Assembly: GCA_040756235.1 (NCBI GenBank)
Contig: JBFLZG010000130.1
Coordinates: forward strand, 1-64,000
Source of the DNA: a bacterium
Lineage (GTDB): Bacteria > Desulfobacterota > DSWW01
Reading direction: 5' to 3'
DNA length: 64,000 bases
Shown: positions 57,583 to 64,000 of the stretch, in pieces
How the letters are laid out: the number at the start of each line of letters is the position of its first letter
Position numbering within the stretch: position 1 is the stretch's first letter
Program-made: the position numbers and the translations under genes
The notes under the pieces: model-generated
What the model saw: the letters and a program-made list of their open reading frames with translations, nothing else
Databases searched by the model: none
What the model was told of the DNA's origin: nothing

Positions 57583-60120
57583 CTACCCCAGCCTGTTCGC
57601 AAGGACCTCTCTGGGTTTGACACCTTCCTGAGGCCCTACGATCCCTTCCTGTTCCATTCTCTCGATCATGCGGGCGGCCCTGTTGTAGCCTACCCGAAGC
57701 TTTCGCTGCAGCATGGAGATGGATGCCTGACGGGTGTCCGTGACCACCTGCACCGCCAGGTCGTACTTCTCGTCGTGTTCGAACACCTCTTCCTCGTCCC
57801 TTTCCTTGCTCTTCTTGGTGCGGAACGGGATCTTCACGTAGCGGGGCTTGCCGTATCGTTTCAGATATTCGACGACGCGCTCGATCTCCGGTTCGCTCAC
57901 GTAAGCCCCGTGGATCCGCCGCACCTTGGATGTGCCCGGGGGCAGAAACAGCATGTCTCCCTGCCCCAGGAGCTTCTCCGCGCCCATCGCGTCCAGGATG
58001 GTGCGCGAGTCGATACGGGAGCTCACCTGAAAGGAGATCCGTGTCGGCAGGTTGGCCTTGATGATGCCGGTGAGGACGTCCACGGAGGGCCGCTGGGTCG
58101 CCAGGAGCAGGTGAATGCCGGCGGCGCGGGCCATCTGCGCGAGACGGGTGATCGCCTCCTCGATCTGCTTGCCGGAGAGGATCATCAGGTCTGCCATCTC
58201 GTCGATCACCAGGACGATATACGGCAGCTTTCCCTGCTCCGGCAGGATGTCGTCCTCGTCGGCGTTCTCGAGGTCGGCCTCCTCCAGGACCGGCTCGGCG
58301 GAGTGCCCGGACGGCGCCTCGGACGCCGGAGACTCCTTGGCGATCCGTTCATTGTAGCTCTCGATGTTCCGGACACCCTTCTCGGACAGGAGCTGGTAGC
58401 GCTGTTCCATGCGCTCGACGGCCCACTCGAGCACGTCCGAGGCGCGCCGGGCGTCCGTGATGACCGGGTGCAGCAGGTGCGGGATGCCGTGATAGGCGGT
58501 CAGCTCCAGCATCTTGGGGTCGATCACCAGGAAGCGGACCTCCTGCGGAGAAAAACGAAAGAGCAGGCTGAGGATCAGCGAATGGAGGCAGACGCTCTTG
58601 CCCGTGCCGGTAGCGCCGGCAATGAGCAGGTGGGGCATGCGGCTCAGATCGGTGCAGACCGGCTTGCCCGCGATGTCCTTGCCGAGAGCCAGCGGAAGCT
58701 TCCAACGGTTCGAGCGGAACGTCTCGGACGTGAGGATCTCCTTGAGATACACGTTCTGGCGCTTGGGATTGGGGACCTCGATCCCCACCACCGACTTGCC
58801 GGGGATCGGGGCCACGATGCGGATGCTCATGGCTTTCATCGCCAGGGCCAGATCGTCGGCGAGGTTGACGATGCGGTTGACCTTCACGCCCGGGGCGGGC
58901 TCGTACTCGTACAGGGTGATGATGGGTCCGGGATGGACCTCGGTCACCCGCCCCTCGACGGCGAAATCCTTGAGCTTCTGTTCCAGCACCTTGGCGTTTT
59001 CCAGAAGCAGCTCCTTGTCCACGCATTCCTGGCCGAGGTCCGGATCGTCGAGCAGGTCCGAGGGAGGCGGCTGATAGATCTCGACCGGCGGTCGGGCGAA
59101 CGGGAGGGCGGCTTGCAGCGGCTTGGGGGGCTGTCTGGGTTCCGGCGCGGCCGCCGGCACCGGCTCCACGATCTTCGGCGGGGGCGCCTCCGCCGGGGGC
59201 GGCAGGGCGGCCGGTTGCGGCTGCGCAGCCTCTGCGGCTTCCGCTGCCCCGGCAGCCTGCGGGGCCGCGGCCCGAGCGCGCTTGGGTCTCGGTTCCACAA
59301 GGAGCGGCCCGGGCCCGCTCGGCTCTTCGGCAGAGGGCTCCGGGACGGGCCGCTGCATGATGGTCTTGCCGTTGCCGGCCGGCGGGTGCCGGCGTGTGGC
59401 CCGGCCCCTCCACCCGGCCGTCCGTCCCTGGAGGCTCTGGATCCAGCCGCGCACGTGCCGCCAGGCTCGAAGCAAAAACGAAGAGAGGCCGGCCCCGGTG
59501 TGCCGCGAGCCTCTCCAGCTCGTCCTCAGGAAGCGGTCCAGAGCGGCGGCCGATCTGCGGAGCGCGCCCAGGACGGAGACCTCACCCAGTGCCGCGGAAG
59601 AGAGCACCAGGATGAGGACCACAACCAGATAGGAACCCGCCGGATGCAGATAGCGCAGCAGCATGCTGGCCGACTGCTGGCCCACGATGCCGCCCGCCTC
59701 CGGGGGCGGCCGTGCCGGCAGCAGAAGGGACAACAGGGCCGAAAAAGCGAGGAGCGACACCAGCGCCAGTGGCAGCTTCCACGGTTCGAATCGCAACGGG
59801 AGCCCGCGCATCACGAAGAAGGCCAGCACCGCGACCAGGAGACCGGCAAAATAGGAGCCGAGTCCCAGGGTCTCCTTGAAAAAGCTCGCGCCGTATGAGC
59901 CGATGGGGCCTCCCAGGTTGCGGACCGCCTCGGGCCTGGGAGACACCTTGTGGAAGAAGCCGGGATCGGTCTCGGGAGAGTACGAGAGCAGAGAGATGAA
60001 CAGAAAGAGGGCGCACCCGAGCAGCCCCAGCCCGACGAGCTCGCGTACCCAGGTCGCCGGACGGGAGGAAGTGCCGCTCTTGTGGGCAGAGCGCGAGGAG
60101 GCTCTGGCGGATCGGGCCAT
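57583..60120 (-). CDS. ftsK: DNA translocase
   Basis: 4TM N-terminus, P/A linker, AGATGTGKS, IDPKMLE, IDEMAD, LATQRPS, LQRKLRVGYNRAAR. Confidence 0.97.
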   Translation of the reverse strand: MARSARASSRSAHKSGTSSRPATWVRELVGLGLLGCALFLFISLLSYSPETDPGFFHKVSPRPEAVRNLGGPIGSYGASFFKETLGLGSYFAGLLVAVLAFFVMRGLPLRFEPWKLPLALVSLLAFSALLSLLLPARPPPEAGGIVGQQSASMLLRYLHPAGSYLVVVLILVLSSAALGEVSVLGALRRSAAALDRFLRTSWRGSRHTGAGLSSFLLRAWRHVRGWIQSLQGRTAGWRGRATRRHPPAGNGKTIMQRPVPEPSAEEPSGPGPLLVEPRPKRARAAAPQAAGAAEAAEAAQPQPAALPPPAEAPPPKIVEPVPAAAPEPRQPPKPLQAALPFARPPVEIYQPPPSDLLDDPDLGQECVDKELLLENAKVLEQKLKDFAVEGRVTEVHPGPIITLYEYEPAPGVKVNRIVNLADDLALAMKAMSIRIVAPIPGKSVVGIEVPNPKRQNVYLKEILTSETFRSNRWKLPLALGKDIAGKPVCTDLSRMPHLLIAGATGTGKSVCLHSLILSLLFRFSPQEVRFLVIDPKMLELTAYHGIPHLLHPVITDARRASDVLEWAVERMEQRYQLLSEKGVRNIESYNERIAKESPASEAPSGHSAEPVLEEADLENADEDDILPEQGKLPYIVLVIDEMADLMILSGKQIEEAITRLAQMARAAGIHLLLATQRPSVDVLTGIIKANLPTRISFQVSSRIDSRTILDAMGAEKLLGQGDMLFLPPGTSKVRRIHGAYVSEPEIERVVEYLKRYGKPRYVKIPFRTKKSKERDEEEVFEHDEKYDLAVQVVTDTRQASISMLQRKLRVGYNRAARMIERMEQEGIVGPQEGVKPREVLANRLG

Positions 60121-60130
60121 GGAAGAAACC

Positions 60131-60257
60131 AGGTAAAAGGTCAAAGGTGATAGGTCAAGAAATCAACCCGCCCTGGTGAAAGGTCAAAAGTGAGCGGCTG
60201 AAGGAGACACCTTCTCGTCGGCCGACTCTTCCCTTTTCTCTTTCACCTTTCCCCTCT
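60131..60257. repeat. Short heptamer tandem arrays (AGGTNAA-type) with an inverted arm
   Basis: AGGTAAA AGGTCAA AGGTGAT AGGTCAA, a second run at 60174-60194 and the complementary CCTTTTC TCTTTCA CCTTTCC. Confidence 0.6.
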
Positions 60258-60287
60258 CTTCTAGGAGCCTGTCCAAGAATTCGGCTC

Positions 60288-61835
60288 CTACGGGCCGCCG
60301 CGCAGGATCGTTTTCTTTTTCTTGAGGTAGTCGAGCTTGTTGAGAGCGTTGACGTAGGCTTTTGCGCTGGCCACGATGATGTCCGTCGAGGCCCCGCGCC
60401 CCAGCGTGGTCTGGTCCGCCTCTTCGAGCCTGACGGAAACCTCCCCCTGCGCGTCCGTTCCGGACGTGATCGCGCTCACTTCGTAGCGGACGAGCTTGCT
60501 GTCGTCCCCGCTGATGGCGCGGATGGCCTTGAAGGCCGCGTCCACGGGGCCGTCCCCGAACTCGGCTTTCTTGATGACCCGACCGTCCATCTTGATCTGC
60601 ACGGTTGCGGTCGGGATGAGGTGGGTGCCGCTTGTGACGCTGAGGAAATCGAGCTCGTAGCGCTCCCGGATCCGCAGGATCTCCTCTGCGATGATGGCCT
60701 CGATGTCCTCGTCGAAGACCTCCTTCTTGCGATCCGCCATCTGCTTGAAGCACTCGAAGGCCAGGGTGAGGTGCTCGTCGGCCAGGTCGTAGCCGAGCTG
60801 CATCAGCCTTTCCCGGAAGGCGTGGCGGCCCGAGTGCTTTCCCAGCACGAGCCGGTTCCGGGGAATCCCGATCGACTCGGGCGTCATGATCTCGTAGGTC
60901 GTCTTCTCTTTGAGCACCCCGTCCTGGTGGATTCCGGCTTCGTGGGCAAAAGCGTTGGAGCCGACCACCGCCTTATTGGGCTGCACGCGCACGCCCGTGA
61001 TCCGGGTGACGAGGCGGCTGGTCGGATAGATGTGCTCGGCCCGGATCGCGGTCTCGTACCGGAAATGGTCCTTGCGGACCTTGAGCGCCATGACGACCTC
61101 TTCCAGGGAGCAGTTGCCGGCCCGCTCACCGATGCCGTTCATGGTGCACTCCACCTGGGTGGCGCCGTGCGCCACGGCGGTGAGCGTGTTCGCGACCGCC
61201 AGTCCGAGATCGTTGTGGCAGTGCACGCTGATCACGGCCCGCTCGATCCCCTGGACCTCCGTTCGTACGAAGTCGATCAGTCGACCGTACTCCTCGGGTA
61301 CGGTGTAACCCACCGTGTCGGGAATGTTGAGGCAGGTCGCGCCCGCGTCCAGGACCGCTTGAAAGATCCGCGCGAGAAAGGCCGGATCGCTGCGCGTGGC
61401 GTCCTCCGCCGAGAACTCGACGAAAGGGACGAGGCTCTTGGCCCTGCGCACCGCCGCCACCGCCTCCTCGACCACCTGATCCGGCTCCATGCGGAGCTTG
61501 TGCTGCATGTGGATCGGGCTCGTGGCGATGAATACATGAAGGACCGGCGCTTCCGCCTTGCGCACCGCATCCCAGGCCCGCTCGATGTCCTCGGGCCGGG
61601 TCCTGGCCAGAGCCACGACCTGGCATTGCCGGACATGCTGGGCGACGAGCCGCACGGACTCGAAATCCCCCTCGGAGGAGATGGGGAACCCGGCTTCGAT
61701 CGCATCCACTCCGAGTCTCTCCAACTGCCGGGCGATCTCCAGCTTTTCAGCCGGATTCATGCTGGCCCCCGGGGACTGCTCTCCGTCCCGCAGGGTCGTG
61801 TCGAAGACCCGAATCGGAATCCTGTCGGCACACAT
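60288..61835 (-). CDS. leuA: 2-isopropylmalate synthase
   Basis: [34 protein letters not shown], regulatory domain GPVDA. Confidence 0.97.
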   Translation of the reverse strand: MCADRIPIRVFDTTLRDGEQSPGASMNPAEKLEIARQLERLGVDAIEAGFPISSEGDFESVRLVAQHVRQCQVVALARTRPEDIERAWDAVRKAEAPVLHVFIATSPIHMQHKLRMEPDQVVEEAVAAVRRAKSLVPFVEFSAEDATRSDPAFLARIFQAVLDAGATCLNIPDTVGYTVPEEYGRLIDFVRTEVQGIERAVISVHCHNDLGLAVANTLTAVAHGATQVECTMNGIGERAGNCSLEEVVMALKVRKDHFRYETAIRAEHIYPTSRLVTRITGVRVQPNKAVVGSNAFAHEAGIHQDGVLKEKTTYEIMTPESIGIPRNRLVLGKHSGRHAFRERLMQLGYDLADEHLTLAFECFKQMADRKKEVFDEDIEAIIAEEILRIRERYELDFLSVTSGTHLIPTATVQIKMDGRVIKKAEFGDGPVDAAFKAIRAISGDDSKLVRYEVSAITSGTDAQGEVSVRLEEADQTTLGRGASTDIIVASAKAYVNALNKLDYLKKKKTILRGGP

Positions 61836-61870
61836 CGGTCGCGTTTCCTTTCGCAGCTGTCGGGCCCGCC

Positions 61871-62689
61871 TTATCCGGTCGGACCCTGGGCCTGGCCGGC
61901 TTCCTCCTCCAACGGCAGGGCGGCGTTCCTTCTCCTTCTCATCCGGAGAAAGATTCCCCGCACCGGGCCATGGAGGGCATAGATCGTGAAAAGGGTGAAA
62001 AGGACGATCTGAGGCTCGTTCACGATCAGCACGAGCAGGACGATGATCGCCAGGAGCGCCGTGAACGGCTTGCGCCTGCGGAGCTCCAGCTCCTTGAAGC
62101 TGAGGAACTTGATATTGCTGACCATGAGAAAGGCGAGCAGGAAGATCAGCAGCAGGACCGCGAGCTGCTTGGTGGGCCCGGTGACCTGGAATTTGTAGTA
62201 GAGCAGGACCGTCGTGGCCACCAGGCCGGCGGAGCCGGGGATCGGCAGGCCGTTGAACGTCACCGACTCGATATTGTCGATCTGCACGTTGTAGCGGGCC
62301 AGCCGCAGGGCCCCGCAGACGACGAACAGGAACGCCGCGGACCACCCCCAGTTTCCGTAAGGCCTCAGAGCCCACTGGTAGGCCAGCAGGCCGGGCGCCA
62401 CGCCGAAGGACACGAGGTCCGAAAGCGAGTCGTACTCCACGCCGAAGCGGCTCGTGCTCGACGTCATGCGGGCGATCCGGCCGTCGGCGCCGTCGCAGAA
62501 CATGGAAACGATGATGGCCCAGGACGCATGGGCGAAATCGCCGTTCAGGGTGGCCACGATGGAGTAGAACCCGGCAAACAGGCTGGCCGAGGTGAAGAGG
62601 TTCGGGAGGATGTAGATCCCCTTGCGGATGTTCTCCCCCCCCAGCCGGCGCTTCTGCAGGCCCTGGCCTCTCGAGAATCGTTCTCTCAT
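61871..62689 (-). CDS. pssA: CDP-diacylglycerol--serine O-phosphatidyltransferase
   Basis: LPNLFT, DGADGRIAR, FGVEYDSLSD, RLARYN. Confidence 0.95.
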   Translation of the reverse strand: MRERFSRGQGLQKRRLGGENIRKGIYILPNLFTSASLFAGFYSIVATLNGDFAHASWAIIVSMFCDGADGRIARMTSSTSRFGVEYDSLSDLVSFGVAPGLLAYQWALRPYGNWGWSAAFLFVVCGALRLARYNVQIDNIESVTFNGLPIPGSAGLVATTVLLYYKFQVTGPTKQLAVLLLIFLLAFLMVSNIKFLSFKELELRRRKPFTALLAIIVLLVLIVNEPQIVLFTLFTIYALHGPVRGIFLRMRRRRNAALPLEEEAGQAQGPTG

Positions 62690-63336
62690 GTGCCGTACCC
62701 CACGATCGTCTCCCCGGCTTTGACGTGCTGGCCGACCCGGACAGCGGGCGTGGTTCCCTCAGGCAGGTAGATCTCGAGCCGGGAACCGAAGCGGATCAGG
62801 CCGAACCGTTCCCCTTTCACCAGAGCATCGCCTTCCCCGGGGTAGCAGACGATGCGGCGCGCCGCCACCCCCGCGATCTGAACCACACCGAGAACGAAGC
62901 CGGCTTCGGCCTCGAGCACCATCTCCATCCGCTCGTTCTCGCGCCCGGCTTCCGGTCGGCTCGCCACGTGAAAATGCCCCGGCTTGTAAGTCTTGCGGAG
63001 CACTTTCCCGCTGACCGGGGAGCGGTTCACGTGGACGTTCAAGGGGCTCATGAAAATGCCCACCTTCCAGCAGGGGCCGATCATCCCGGCAAGCCCGGCT
63101 TCCACTCGTTGCACTTCCAGAACCTTTCCGTCCGCAGGGCAGACGATGGCCTTCGCGTCCTCGGGGATGCGCCGGTGCGGGTTGCGGAAAAAGGCGCCCG
63201 CGGCAAAGGTCAGGATGAACAGGATCCAGGCCGGTCCGTGCAGATCCACGGCCGCGAAGAACAGGGCCAGGAAGCCCGTGAGGGCCACGAAAGGGTAACC
63301 CTCGCTGACCATCAACGGCTCGTCTCTGGCGCTCAT
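62686..63336 (-). CDS. psd: Phosphatidylserine decarboxylase
   Basis: [28 protein letters not shown] cleavage motif. Confidence 0.95.
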   Translation of the reverse strand: MSARDEPLMVSEGYPFVALTGFLALFFAAVDLHGPAWILFILTFAAGAFFRNPHRRIPEDAKAIVCPADGKVLEVQRVEAGLAGMIGPCWKVGIFMSPLNVHVNRSPVSGKVLRKTYKPGHFHVASRPEAGRENERMEMVLEAEAGFVLGVVQIAGVAARRIVCYPGEGDALVKGERFGLIRFGSRLEIYLPEGTTPAVRVGQHVKAGETIVGYGT

Positions 63337-63998
63337 CCGGTCTTCGTCCTGTCCACTTTCTTCTGCCCTTCGATCCAGGGCATCATGCCCCTGAGCTTCT
63401 TGCCCACCTCTTCGATCGGGTGACCTTCCATGGCCCGGGTCAGAGCGTTGAAAACAGGTCTTCGTGCCTGGTTCTCCAGGATCCACTCCCTGGCAAAACG
63501 GCCGTTCTGCACGTCCTCCAGGATCCGGTCCATCTCGAGGCGGGCCTGCTCGCCCACCACCTTCCGGCCCCGGGTCAGCCCTCCGTATTGAGCGGTGTTG
63601 CTGACCGAGAAGTACATGTTGCCCAGGCCTCCTTCATAGATGAGGTCGACGATGAGCTTCAATTCATGGAGGCACTCGAAGTACGCCATCTCCGGCGCGT
63701 AGCCGGCCCGGACCAGCGTCTCGAAGCCGGCCGCGATCAGCTCGGACACGCCCCCGCACAGGACCGCCTGCTCTCCGAACAGGTCGGTCTCGGTCTCCTC
63801 CCGGAAGGTCGTCTCCAGGATGCCGGCCTTGCCGGCACCGAGGGCCGCCGCATAGGCGAGCGCCATGGCTCGGGCCTGGCCGGTGGAGTCCTGGTGAACC
63901 GCCACGAGCACGGGCACGCCCTTGCCCTGAGTGAATTCGTACCGCACCATGTGCCCCGGCGCCTTGGGGGCGACCATCCACACATCGGTCCCCTGAGG
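63333..63998 (-). CDS. ilvC: Ketol-acid reductoisomerase (5' end outside window)
   Basis: [44 protein letters not shown]. Confidence 0.97.
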   Translation of the reverse strand, partial: PQGTDVWMVAPKAPGHMVRYEFTQGKGVPVLVAVHQDSTGQARAMALAYAAALGAGKAGILETTFREETETDLFGEQAVLCGGVSELIAAGFETLVRAGYAPEMAYFECLHELKLIVDLIYEGGLGNMYFSVSNTAQYGGLTRGRKVVGEQARLEMDRILEDVQNGRFAREWILENQARRPVFNALTRAMEGHPIEEVGKKLRGMMPWIEGQKKVDRTKTG

Positions 63999-64000
63999 AG

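Noticed and set aside
61871..63336. psd-pssA embedded between ilvC and leuA as a novel arrangement
   Set aside because: This gene order is, to my knowledge, common in several proteobacterial groups

Overview
GC-rich bacterial chromosomal window whose gene content and synteny suggest an anaerobic Deltaproteobacteria/Desulfobacterota-type organism (inference). The right half (about 32-64 kb) is mostly housekeeping: panCD, deoxynucleoside kinase, rsmA, tsaD, bamD, alaS, pilT-like ATPase, recA, thpR, pgpA, ruvX, mltG, dksA, rimO, lolA, ftsK, leuA, pssA, psd, partial ilvC. It also carries a methanogen-type sulfide/homocysteine cluster (DUF39, UPF0280, NIL-ferredoxin). The left half is accessory: a sigma54 two-component module, a penicillin-acylase-family gene, a Mn/Zn ABC transporter, QueG-like Fe-S genes, a PadR-ACAD-MoxR-VWA operon and several gene relics. 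Main signals not in the ORF track: (1) a lipoprotein split by an in-frame TGA at the first Cys of a CGC motif (SS-U-GC-T), followed by a SECIS-like hairpin, so a probable selenoprotein; (2) a self-contained module of histidine kinase, enhancer-binding protein, periplasmic protein and outer-membrane barrel, with a correctly spaced sigma54 promoter and tandem upstream repeats driving two acidic secreted proteins of unknown function; (3) about 12 copies of a modular, nested inverted-repeat element whose left end sits on stop codons or next to ribosome-binding sites; (4) a pan-type RNA hairpin upstream of panC, with panB absent; (5) a standalone protein with caspase/CHAT-like motifs. I recognised no rRNA, tRNA, CRISPR array or transposase. 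All calls come from reading the sequence; no searches were run.
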